DNA of 16,267 bases from a virus. Lineage: Duplodnaviria > Heunggongvirae > Uroviricota > Caudoviricetes. The translations under genes and the position numbers were made by a program. The DNA is taken from positions 1 through 16,267 of the IMG/VR virus record IMGVR_UViG_2778261227_000013, one strand, 5' to 3'. Each line of letters begins with the position of its first letter. Positions within the stretch are counted from its first letter, which is position 1. The notes under the pieces were generated by a model. It did not search any database. It was not told where the DNA came from and saw only the letters and a list, made by a program, of their open reading frames with translations. This document shows, piece after piece, positions 6,655 through 14,657 of this stretch.

Positions 6655-8403
6655 TTATAAAAATTCCTCGGTTCTCTCCGTTTGTATAACGTTGGTTTGT
6701 ATTCGTCCTTTAAAACCTCTTGTCAGGTATTCAGCCCCATATTCTCTTGCTGCTGACTTCATGGCCTTACCAAAATCACCGACACTTAATATTTCTTCTT
6801 CCCCCATATACTCCATAAAGGCGAGATATAGTCTGTACAGGCTTGTACGCGGATTAAGATCAGTTAATCTCTTACCGCCTCCCATCATCATCCCATGCGG
6901 TTCATCAAGAAATGCAAGCGCCGCACATAACCCAATGACAGGATCAGTTTCCTGTTTTATTTTCAGAGCTTCGGCACCGTCGCGCTGCTCCAACAATAAT
7001 TCCCGTGCTTTTTCTGGATCGGAAAAGTTAGCCAGTAATCGACGAATAATGACAGGTATTTCCGCCGCTATCTTTTGCGGTAACTCTTTATCCTTTTCGG
7101 TCTCCCTTACAATATTATCGAACCGAAAAATTACACGTCGACGCGCAACGCCTCCGGCCCGTTCGGTGAATGTCATCGGCACGTTATTTGTTGCCAGCAC
7201 GACGGACCTGATAATTGTTGTGAAACGCTTTTCATATTTCGGGTTAATTTCAACTGGATCTCCACCCGTTATTTTTTTGATGCCGGATCCTTCACCTGTA
7301 TATTTCGGCTGGTCTGCCAGGACAATAAGACGACTTCCGACAACCTGCGCACGCCCGCCAGCATCATCAAGCGATGTCATTTCAGCGCTTACCGTGTTCT
7401 GTTTCCCTGCCAGAAGGGTGGCTATGTGCGTGATTGTGCTCTTGCCGCTCCCGCCTTCCCCTGTGGCCTCAATAAACATCTGCCAGTCGTACCGGTTCGC
7501 CATAATCATGTACAGCGCGGCGCATATACGCATCATCTTTCGCGGGTCTTTTCCTGCGGCGTGATCAAGCCATTTATGAAAGTTTGGCGCGTTGTCGCGG
7601 ATGTTCTCCCCTGGTACTGGTGGCGTGTACTCAATGCCGTTATGCGTGGTGATCCAGTTATCCGGCGAGTGCGGGGAAAATTCGCCAGTTTTCATGTCAA
7701 GCACGCCATTAGAGAACGGCAATAAATCACCTGACGGTTCCCCCATTGGCCTGGCCATAACTTTTAAAGCATCCACTGCATTACTTATTGCTCTCCGACT
7801 AAACGATGTTCCGTTTTCTTCGTAAATAGCCACCATTTCACGACTAAGATCCAGTGTGCTTACCGGAACCCAAAAATCATCGCGCCAGACGTGGACAACC
7901 TCACTCTCCTGATTCATTGCTACATCCTGAAATCGTTCAGCTAAAAGTTTTGCCCTTTGGCTGTCCGCCATTCTGGAAAGAGATATTTTGTGTTTTTTCT
8001 CGGTCCTTCCTGACAGAATTTCTCCGCGCTCAGCCTGTTCGCGGATCCGTTGCAGGTAGTCGCGCCAGTTCTCCGGTTCCTGGTCGGTGATGCCTTTGTA
8101 TAATTTCGCCTCCTGTACGCCAGCCAGCGCCAGCTTTTCAGCGATAGCATTGATCTGGATTGGCTCGATCTCCCCCGCGAGATAGACACGCGCAAAGCGG
8201 CGTTTCTCGTCAATAATGCGGATATTCGCCAGGTCTGCCAGTTGCTTTGGTCCCAGATAAACAGGTGGCACGTTATCGCAGTGTTTTCGTCCTTCGCTTT
8301 CAATCCAGTGTTGGGCATGGGCGTAAGCATCCGTCCCGGCAAAAATGATTACCTCAGTGAATTTATCCTTCGGCTGATATTTCAAACTCGGTGCGTTTTT
8401 CAC
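6655..8403 (-). CDS. P4-type primase/helicase-like replication protein with D5-like NTPase (582 aa)
   Basis: Walker A GEGGSGKST and Walker B-like LIVLAD within a long ORF, followed directly by the iteron array. Family assignment is from recalled resemblance to phage/plasmid P4-family primase C-terminal regions. Start overlaps the upstream gene by 4 nt. Confidence 0.8.
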   Translation of the reverse strand: MKNAPSLKYQPKDKFTEVIIFAGTDAYAHAQHWIESEGRKHCDNVPPVYLGPKQLADLANIRIIDEKRRFARVYLAGEIEPIQINAIAEKLALAGVQEAKLYKGITDQEPENWRDYLQRIREQAERGEILSGRTEKKHKISLSRMADSQRAKLLAERFQDVAMNQESEVVHVWRDDFWVPVSTLDLSREMVAIYEENGTSFSRRAISNAVDALKVMARPMGEPSGDLLPFSNGVLDMKTGEFSPHSPDNWITTHNGIEYTPPVPGENIRDNAPNFHKWLDHAAGKDPRKMMRICAALYMIMANRYDWQMFIEATGEGGSGKSTITHIATLLAGKQNTVSAEMTSLDDAGGRAQVVGSRLIVLADQPKYTGEGSGIKKITGGDPVEINPKYEKRFTTIIRSVVLATNNVPMTFTERAGGVARRRVIFRFDNIVRETEKDKELPQKIAAEIPVIIRRLLANFSDPEKARELLLEQRDGAEALKIKQETDPVIGLCAALAFLDEPHGMMMGGGKRLTDLNPRTSLYRLYLAFMEYMGEEEILSVGDFGKAMKSAAREYGAEYLTRGFKGRIQTNVIQTERTEEFL

Positions 8404-8690
8404 TTCTTACCTCCCGCAACCAACATTGCCCGGATTTTTTTTATATTCGTGGCTGCACGTCTTGCCACTGCCTGTTGTTTGTTTTCCACCAGAATAAAAT
8501 CACGCTCAAACTGACGGCGCGGCATTACGCAGTCATATTCGTAAGCCTCACGGCGGTAGGTGATATTGCCTGGCGTAACGTGACGAATAACCACTCGTCC
8601 CCCACTTCTGGTGTCGCGGTAAATATCTCCGTGTCTGATTTCAGGCCGAGAGAGACCGCTGGCAGTAAAGCCAGAATTTTTCTTTTTCAT
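8400..8690 (-). CDS. Hypothetical protein (96 aa)
   Basis: AGGAAAA upstream of the ATG at 8690; ATGA-type 4-nt overlap with the primase gene. Confidence 0.6.
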   Translation of the reverse strand: MKKKNSGFTASGLSRPEIRHGDIYRDTRSGGRVVIRHVTPGNITYRREAYEYDCVMPRRQFERDFILVENKQQAVARRAATNIKKIRAMLVAGGKK

Positions 8691-8694
8691 GGTT

Positions 8695-8895
8695 TTATTT
8701 TCCTGTCAGCAGTTCCGGTTTTATTTCCGCACGAATACAAAGTTCAGAAAAAAATTCAGGAGAACCAACAATCTCATTACTTTTCAGTCGGCATTGTGAT
8801 TTCACTTTCCCTTTATCCAGGTAAACCAGTACGCGTCCGGTGAAATCATCTGGCACATTAAGCACTACGGGTACATGCGCTTCATGATTATGCAT
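8695..8895 (-). CDS. Hypothetical small protein (66 aa), paralog-like to the N-terminus of the 9114..9479 product
   Basis: GGAGGA upstream of the ATG at 8895. Begins MHN and carries FTGRVLVYLDKGKVKS, similar to FTGQLLVNVENGRVVS in the 9114..9479 product. Confidence 0.6.
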   Translation of the reverse strand: MHNHEAHVPVVLNVPDDFTGRVLVYLDKGKVKSQCRLKSNEIVGSPEFFSELCIRAEIKPELLTGK

Positions 8896-9121
8896 GGCTT
8901 ACATCCTCCGTGAATTTTCTTCTGTAACGCGTCTCTGCCACATATTCCGCATAGTCCGACGCAATACTAAGAATCATTTCACCCTCTGACTTGTAGCCAC
9001 TGGTATTGATAAGAAAATATGCAGCTTTCATCATGTCAGCAACGCTCAACAATGCGCCCGCTGCATCTTCCGGTGCGCCATCAAATTCCCGTTTCAGGGA
9101 ATTAAAACGATCATCACGCAT
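8888..9121 (-). CDS. Hypothetical small protein (77 aa)
   Basis: AGGGGGG upstream of the ATG at 9121; 8-nt overlaps with both neighbouring genes. Confidence 0.6.
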   Translation of the reverse strand: MRDDRFNSLKREFDGAPEDAAGALLSVADMMKAAYFLINTSGYKSEGEMILSIASDYAEYVAETRYRRKFTEDVSHA

Positions 9122-9479
9122 GTTTACCCCCCTGAATGACCTGATAACCGCAACTGGTCAGCAATTCCATAAATTCCGGCAATGTGCCGAAACAGTAATC
9201 ATCACACAGACGTTCGCGGGATACTTCAACGCCGTTTTCGTAGTGACTCACCATACACCCGGTAAAACGCAGATCATCATCGTGATGGCACGTTGACGGC
9301 TTAATCAGTCGCGCACGCTCCGCCAGTGCCAGGAATGCTTCAACGCTTCCGGCAATTGCACCATCCGGCAGGTGATAATTACTTACTACGCGTCCATTCT
9401 CTACATTGACCAGTAGCTGCCCGGTAAATTTCTCATCAAACTGAATGCTGTTAAGTTCAGAAATAGCCGAATTATGCAT
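9114..9479 (-). CDS. Hypothetical protein (about 121 aa)
   Basis: AGGAGGTG upstream of the ATG at 9479 (MHNSAISELN...). The track's longer ORF start at 9497 is less likely. Confidence 0.6.
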   Translation of the reverse strand: MHNSAISELNSIQFDEKFTGQLLVNVENGRVVSNYHLPDGAIAGSVEAFLALAERARLIKPSTCHHDDDLRFTGCMVSHYENGVEVSRERLCDDYCFGTLPEFMELLTSCGYQVIQGGKHA

Positions 9480-9696
9480 GGTGCACCTCCTGCACATCAG
9501 CCATGATAATTTTTCCGGCCTTATCCAGTGCCTGATCGGCTTTTAGCTGCACAAATGCTAAATAATGGGAGATGCATTCTGATTCTCTGACTGCGTGTTT
9601 ATGCGCCACACCAGCGATAGCTGAAATCTCAATAAGTGAATCCATCAGCGTTTTGATAGCGTCTACCGCTGCATCAGGCCATGTTACATTACACAT
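9472..9696 (-). CDS. Hypothetical small protein (74 aa)
   Basis: AGGAGGTGGAG upstream of the ATG at 9696; 8-nt ATGTGTAA overlap with the upstream gene. Confidence 0.6.
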   Translation of the reverse strand: MCNVTWPDAAVDAIKTLMDSLIEISAIAGVAHKHAVRESECISHYLAFVQLKADQALDKAGKIIMADVQEVHHA

Positions 9697-10054
9697 GCTC
9701 CACCTCCTGGCGAATACGGGCAGCGAATACCATCACGCAGCCATCAGGGGATTGCTGGCGTGCTTCCTGTTCGCTGGTGGCCTCGATGTGAATTACGCGC
9801 GGTTGTGCTGTGCTCAGGGCGATAAAACGCCAGATAAAATTGTTCTCGCATTTCTGAATAAACAGCGTGTTTTCTTCGCGCCCTTTCCATGTTGCCGAGA
9901 TATAGCCCATGTCATTGAGCATCTCGCAGGCATCAACCAGCGTATCAGCAGCTACGTGTACAGTGTTTTTACCGTCAGCTATGCAATCACGGTGCACCGC
10001 CAGGAAGGTGTATATAAATTTAGGGTGAGTTTGGGTATGCTGTGTTCCAGCCAT
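9689..10054 (-). CDS. Hypothetical protein (121 aa), first gene of the leftward operon
   Basis: ATG at 10054 preceded by GAGGT. It is the C-terminal part of the 510-aa track ORF, whose upstream portion is judged non-coding or shadow. Confidence 0.6.
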   Translation of the reverse strand: MAGTQHTQTHPKFIYTFLAVHRDCIADGKNTVHVAADTLVDACEMLNDMGYISATWKGREENTLFIQKCENNFIWRFIALSTAQPRVIHIEATSEQEARQQSPDGCVMVFAARIRQEVEHV

Positions 10055-10143
10055 AATCGTTACCTCATTTAACGGTTTGGTTAGACGCCCCGCTACTGCC
10101 GCAAACAGTTCGGGGCGTTGTCGTTTACATCCTCTTACTGAGG

Positions 10144-10219
10144 TGTGATTTAAATTAAATTTAACTGAATCACAGGTCAAGTATTTTTTGTGATTCTTTT
10201 TTGTGTATACTGAATCACA
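10144..10219. promoter_or_regulatory. Divergent promoter/operator region with two 31-bp palindromes TGTGATT-N17-AATCACA
   Basis: Palindrome 1 at 10144-10174 and palindrome 2 at 10189-10219. Palindrome 2 encloses a TATACT -10-like hexamer (10206-10211) for the rightward gene. A leftward TTGACC -35-like hexamer (complement of 10175-10180) lies beside palindrome 1. Confidence 0.6.
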
Positions 10220-10241
10220 TCTTTTGTTTAGGAGAATGCAC

Positions 10242-10547
10242 ATGGCAAAAAACACTATCAACGACAAATCAAAACAGATTTCAATTCGTATCCCACATGA
10301 TGCTTTTGAAGGCATGGAATCCGTAAAACTGGACGGTGAAAGCAACGCCGGATTCATAGTAACCGCCATGCGCGGTGAGATCGCCCGCCGCCAGGCAGAA
10401 GGAAGCGGAGAAAATCCCCTGGTTTCTTCGCTCGATGCGCTGGCGCAGGTGGAAAAAATCGGAGTCAAAGCTGCCGAGGAGATCGGGCAGCTCGTCACCG
10501 TCGCACGTGAAGAACTCCAGCGCCGCAAGGCCAAAGAATCAGAATAA
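10242..10547 (+). CDS. Ribbon-helix-helix-like (Arc/MetJ/CopG-type) DNA-binding regulator (101 aa), tentative
   Basis: AGGAG 8 nt upstream of the ATG at 10242. N-terminal KQISIRIPHDAFEGMESV...NAGFIVTAMRGEIARRQ has the strand-helix-helix pattern; the C-terminus is charged and coiled-coil-like. Confidence 0.6.
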   Translation: MAKNTINDKSKQISIRIPHDAFEGMESVKLDGESNAGFIVTAMRGEIARRQAEGSGENPLVSSLDALAQVEKIGVKAAEEIGQLVTVAREELQRRKAKESE

Positions 10548-10604
10548 TAACTATCATCGCCGTGGTGTGAGGAACTCCGGCGCATTGCTTTACAGGTACA
10601 CAGA

Positions 10605-10799
10605 ATGACCAACAAAGAATCAACCAATACACCATCACCGGCACGGAAAAGACGGCGCAGAAAGATAGAGCATGAATCAGAAAGATTCGCGCCATGTGCT
10701 TTTGCCCTTGAGCAATTCCTTAAAGAGTACAGGCGCACAAAAATGGGATCGCATACCTGGAAAACATCGCGGCATGGCAATGTTAAAGAGCATGAATAG
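10605..10799 (+). CDS. Possible small basic protein (64 aa), hypothetical
   Basis: ORF downstream of and co-oriented with the RHH-like gene; weak AGGT upstream. Composition is plausible (K/R/E-rich), whereas the opposite-strand frame here is Cys/Ser-rich. Confidence 0.3.
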   Translation: MTNKESTNTPSPARKRRRRKIEHESERFAPCAFALEQFLKEYRRTKMGSHTWKTSRHGNVKEHE

Positions 10800-10829
10800 C
10801 CCACCAGCAAGCCAGCACACTGATCACAT

Positions 10830-11221
10830 TGCCCACCAGCCGCAAATCTGGCATTGTTGGCAATGTGTTCAAGTGTGTAGCTTTCCCACTGGTGGCCCTC
10901 TGCAGTCGCCTTTGTTTTATCCAGAACGAAATCAGACATCAGATTGATCAGCACCTGGTGACCTGACAAAATCGCATCAGTCGCGCCACCAGCAAAATTT
11001 TTTGCTTTCCGGACAGCGTGGCTAACGGCATTTTGCAGCAAAATATTCTGCATTTCTGGCGTACTGTAGTAACAGTGATCAGCGCCTTCACTCTGTGCGA
11101 CCACAACGCTATAATCTGCCTCGTAGACAGTAAGCAATATGGCGCAGTAGGCTATTCGTTCACAAAGGCGCTCCGGCAACGGGGCGCTTTCTCTTTTTGT
11201 AACGGTCAGAGCGTTACACAT
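10830..11221 (-). CDS. Candidate gene with unresolved 3' end (5' part of the 510-aa track ORF); possibly a remnant
   Basis: ATG at 11221 preceded by GGAGGA, with an 8-nt ATGTGTAA overlap to the antirepressor gene stop. The first roughly 130 codons look protein-like, but there is no in-frame stop until 9689. The 3' coordinate is approximate. Confidence 0.3.
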
Positions 11222-12014
11222 GGCTGTTTTCCTCCATGCGACGGGCTAACCAACGCTGCGAAAGACGAATTAATTCAGCCTTCCGCTGGTGGTAGTCCTG
11301 GCCTAACTCAATCAGCGTGATATTGCTCTGCTCAAGGTAAGAAAGGTGCTCAAGCTGCAACGTGCTCATGTGGTCGCGTGGTTCGCCTGTAATGCCGTTC
11401 GCCAGTGCCCACTGTTTTGCAGTCATGCCACCCAGCACGATACGCGCCAGCATGCTCGCTTCCGTGGTGTAGTGGTGCTGGAGTGTGTTTTTACCCAGTT
11501 CAGCCCGGTACGCCTCCAGCGCGGCACACATTGGCTTAAAGTAGCTGGCAACTGTGATACGGGCTTTCAGTTCCCGGCGTAACGCTGCGGAACGAACAGG
11601 CGCAACCTTGTGTAGCTCCTCCTCGCATTTGATAAAGTACTGGCGAACGGCGCGGCCCTGTTCGGTACGTTCGACCATCGCCAGTTCTTTCGCCATGTTC
11701 ACTGTGATGATGTACTCAAGAGCGGTTTGCTGGCGAGATTTTGCGCTCACCGGATCGGGTCGGCTCAAATATTCAACAACCTCATAATCCACGCCTTCCG
11801 TGAACCCGTATTCTTCAATGCGCCCCTTGATCCACGAACGGAAAACGCGCCCTACACCTAACGCCTTATGTAACGCTCTGGCGCTAACAATAGTGGTTTC
11901 ACTCCCGCCAATAACGCCGGAAATAATCGGGATAATTTCGCCGAAATTTTGCAGATTCTGGTTTTCAGTCCGAACGAAGCCCCGCCCCTGTACGGGCGTT
12001 TTTGGAAATTTCAT
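11214..12014 (-). CDS. Phage antirepressor-like protein (AntA N-terminal / KilAC-type C-terminal domains), 266 aa
   Basis: N-terminal ...TIVSARALHKALGVGRVFRSWIKGRIEEYGFTEGVDYEV... resembles the AntA/Bro-N type antirepressor signature as recalled. AGGAG 7 nt upstream of the ATG at 12014. Confidence 0.7.
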   Translation of the reverse strand: MKFPKTPVQGRGFVRTENQNLQNFGEIIPIISGVIGGSETTIVSARALHKALGVGRVFRSWIKGRIEEYGFTEGVDYEVVEYLSRPDPVSAKSRQQTALEYIITVNMAKELAMVERTEQGRAVRQYFIKCEEELHKVAPVRSAALRRELKARITVASYFKPMCAALEAYRAELGKNTLQHHYTTEASMLARIVLGGMTAKQWALANGITGEPRDHMSTLQLEHLSYLEQSNITLIELGQDYHQRKAELIRLSQRWLARRMEENSHV

Positions 12015-12091
12015 AAAAACTCCTGCTATCGAATTAAGTTACTTTTATTTGCTGGTGGATAGCTGGGGGCAATAGCCCCGTAGCCATTTAA

Positions 12092-12289
12092 TCAGGTAGC
12101 TGTTCCGCGTGATTCCGCAATACGCTGATTAATCCACTCGTCAATTTCACTCTCAACGAAAGCAATAGCTCGCGAGCCAATTTTAACTGATGCAGGAAAT
12201 TTACCTTGCCCCATAAGGCGATAAATCCATGCCTTGCTATATCCAGTTCTACGCTGAACTTCTGTTAAACGAATAAGCGTATTTGACAT
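12092..12289 (-). CDS. alpA: AlpA-family phage transcriptional regulator (65 aa)
   Basis: MSNTLIRLTEVQRRTGYSKAWIYRLMGQGKFPASVKIGSRAIAFVESEIDEWI matches the AlpA/MerR-like HTH family signature (YRL...GKFP..K.G.RA.A..ESE...WI). GAGGT upstream of the ATG at 12289. Confidence 0.85.
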   Translation of the reverse strand: MSNTLIRLTEVQRRTGYSKAWIYRLMGQGKFPASVKIGSRAIAFVESEIDEWINQRIAESRGTAT

Positions 12290-12358
12290 ATATTTACCTC
12301 ATAACGTCTACTCAATTTGACGAGGTAATCATGGCACAGAAATAACGAATATTTTCAT

Positions 12359-12502
12359 ACCCTCAGGCCTAATGGTTACCGGAAGGAAATTAACCCTAAG
12401 GGTGATGGTAATCGGGAGGAAATCTACCCTAAGGGTGATGGTAAAATTGACGGGGAAGATAAAAAAATACCCTCAGGGTAACAGTAAATCATCCTCAGGG
12501 TA
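12359..12502. promoter_or_regulatory. Upstream region of alpA with five ACCCT(A/C)AGGG palindromic boxes, including a 31-bp tandem duplication
   Basis: Boxes at 12359, 12393, 12426, 12469 and 12492. Copies at 12381-12411 and 12414-12444 are near-identical (GGA[A/G]GGAAAT[T/C][A/T]ACCCTAAGGGTGATGGTAA). Confidence 0.55.
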
Positions 12503-12516
12503 TGCGGTATGGTGCG

Positions 12517-13314
12517 TTAATCCGGCTTTGCGTTCTTTTGGCTGTTGTCTCGGTTAATAGGGCAGGCAGTCCTCTCTATGAGCGTTGCAAGTGCATTACT
12601 TGCCCCCCACTGCTTAAGCTCCCTGGTTATCGCTTCTTGATTTCCCCTGGTGGCAAAATCATTTTCTGGATCGTAATTGGCCCACTCTCTGTTTCTAATC
12701 TCAATAGCCTTAGCTAATGGGTCTTTATCCCAGTATTTATATAAGTGTATCGGGCGCTCTTGCTCTAACTGCTCTATCCTTGCCCTTAACTCTGCGTTTT
12801 CTTTTTCCAGCATTGCGATTTGGGATAATAAATCATCCTCTGTACGCAACTCTTTCTTTTCAATATCGCGTCCTTGTGCCTCGTCATTTTCAGAAGAGTT
12901 AGCGCCTTCCAGCTTCGTTAACGCGTCAAGGACATCGGGAAAAATTGCGAAAATTTCACCCCTTATAAATCCAATGTTCTCAAATTCGGGATCTTCCCAA
13001 TAACCGGACACCAGAAAACCATTTTCATCCCTCTCACCAGGTAAACAACCACGTTTCCGAACCGCATTCAGATTTCTATAAAGAACATCATAATCAAATT
13101 CATCCCGATACGGGTTACAAAAAGATTCCAACAGCTTAAATTCATTTACTGTGTACAGGCGGATATGTTCTCCGCTTATTCTCCTGAGTATCCAAGTTAT
13201 GACATCTGAAACATCATAATCATCACCAGCGACCTTAAGCACGACCTCAAGAAATTCACGTAAAGAAATAAAATCTTTTTTGTATTCGTTTAATTCGGCA
13301 TGAATATCAATCAT
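12517..13314 (-). CDS. Hypothetical protein (about 265 aa) with central coiled-coil; AT-rich cargo-like gene between int and alpA
   Basis: The track ORF starts at a GTG at 13320; an ATG at 13314 preceded by GAGGTG is more likely. Coiled-coil-like segment LSQIAMLEKENAELRARIEQLEQE. Visibly AT-rich relative to its neighbours. Confidence 0.65.
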   Translation of the reverse strand: MIDIHAELNEYKKDFISLREFLEVVLKVAGDDYDVSDVITWILRRISGEHIRLYTVNEFKLLESFCNPYRDEFDYDVLYRNLNAVRKRGCLPGERDENGFLVSGYWEDPEFENIGFIRGEIFAIFPDVLDALTKLEGANSSENDEAQGRDIEKKELRTEDDLLSQIAMLEKENAELRARIEQLEQERPIHLYKYWDKDPLAKAIEIRNREWANYDPENDFATRGNQEAITRELKQWGASNALATLIERTACPINRDNSQKNAKPD

Positions 13315-13442
13315 ACGCACACCTCAGCGTCCTCTACTGTAGTGGCTGTACCAGTCCGTCGAGGTGTACGGATTTTCGGGAGCGACCCTAGACACAGCCT
13401 TTTCTTTCGTCGCTCAAAGTCTACTACTGTATACGCAACCAG

Positions 13443-14657
13443 TCATCCACATTTTCCGAACTTGCCATGCACCACGTTACCGCCATGTTCGAGCGAATCC
13501 ATATAGTCGGCGTACCACTGGAGCATCTCGCGCCGCCCGTCCAGATATTGCGCATGATTGTACGTGCCACGAATTGAGTTCTTATCAACGTGTGCAAGCT
13601 GCGTTTCTATCCACGCGGTGTTATAGCCCTGCTCATGTAAAATCGTGCTCATGGTGTGCCGGAATCCATGACCAGTAACCTTTCCGTTATAGCCGATGCG
13701 TTTAAATACTTGGTTTATGCTAGCCTCGCTCATTGTTTTCCTTGGATCATTACGGCCGGGAAACATAAGCGGATAATTACCAGTTAATTCTTTAATCTGC
13801 CCAATAAGAGAAAGAGCCTGCTTAGACAAAGGCACCACATGAGGGCGACGCATTTTCATCCGTGAAGCAGGTATCTCCCAGATAGCCTTGTTGAGATCGA
13901 TTTCATCCCATAATGCACCGCGCAGTTCGCCAGTTCGCAAACCAGTGATAATCAGTAGACGAGCCGCCATAACAACCAATGCACTTCCTGAGTAACTGGA
14001 CAATGCCTTGAAAAAATCAGGCAATTCTTTGGCTGTGAGGAAAGGATAATGATTAGATTCATGGCCTTGCATCGCGCTAGTAAGATCTGGGGCAGGGTTA
14101 TACTCTGCGCGACCAGTGACTATTGCATAGCGGAAAACTTCCCCGCACCGCTGCCTCACTTTTTTGGCTTTTTCTGTAGCACCGCGCCCCTCGATGCGTC
14201 GCAGCACATTCAGAAGTTCAAGTGGTTTGATTTCGGCAATTGGTTTTTTGCCAATGTAAGGGAACACATCTTTGTTGAAGGCTTCGAGGATATCTGAAGC
14301 ATAACCAGCAGACCATTTTTTTAATTTGCTGCTGTGCCACTCAAGGGCAATATCTTTGAAGGTATTGTTTAACTGCGTTTCCCGGGCAATCTTTTCCTCT
14401 CGTTTCGCTTCCATCGGATCGATACCCCCAGCGATACCCCTTTTAGCTTCTTCACGTTTTGCACGAGCATCAGCCAAGGTAACTTCAGGATACACACCTA
14501 GTGCTAACAGCTTCTCTTTACCAGCTACACGATATTTAAAGCGCCAGTATTTTCCTCCACTAGGTTTTACCAGGAGATACAGACCACCACCATCAGCCAG
14601 CTTGTAAGCCTTCTCTTTTGGCTTGGCAGTGTCTATTTGACGGGCATTGAGTTTCAC
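13443..14657 (-). CDS. int: Tyrosine recombinase / phage integrase (P4-type, with N-terminal arm-binding domain), 404 aa
   Basis: N-terminus AKPKEKAYKLADGGGLYLLVKPSGGKYWRFKY is typical of P4-like integrases. C-terminal catalytic region contains HGFRHT and a terminal Y (GTYNHAQY). GTG start at 14657 with GGAGGT upstream. Directly adjacent to the tRNA 3' end. Confidence 0.93.
   Translation of the reverse strand: MKLNARQIDTAKPKEKAYKLADGGGLYLLVKPSGGKYWRFKYRVAGKEKLLALGVYPEVTLADARAKREEAKRGIAGGIDPMEAKREEKIARETQLNNTFKDIALEWHSSKLKKWSAGYASDILEAFNKDVFPYIGKKPIAEIKPLELLNVLRRIEGRGATEKAKKVRQRCGEVFRYAIVTGRAEYNPAPDLTSAMQGHESNHYPFLTAKELPDFFKALSSYSGSALVVMAARLLIITGLRTGELRGALWDEIDLNKAIWEIPASRMKMRRPHVVPLSKQALSLIGQIKELTGNYPLMFPGRNDPRKTMSEASINQVFKRIGYNGKVTGHGFRHTMSTILHEQGYNTAWIETQLAHVDKNSIRGTYNHAQYLDGRREMLQWYADYMDSLEHGGNVVHGKFGKCG

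Noticed and set aside
6692-8514. Plus-strand ORFs (290, 99, 77, 78 and 90 aa) overlapping the primase/helicase gene
   Set aside because: They lie entirely within a strongly supported minus-strand gene, lack ribosome-binding sites, and have Ser/Arg/Pro-rich low-complexity translations typical of shadow frames.
9689-11221. 510-aa ORF taken as a single protein
   Set aside because: Its middle portion is antisense to the well-supported RHH gene and crosses the AT-rich promoter region, and the translation there is Ser/Cys/Arg-rich and low-complexity. Only the 3' part (9689..10054) and possibly the 5' part appear to be real coding sequence.
13396-13425. Possible LexA (SOS) box CTGTATACGCAACCAG downstream of int
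   Set aside because: Only one half-site matches the CTGT-N8-ACAG consensus (the other half reads CCAG). This is too weak to call without a search or binding data.
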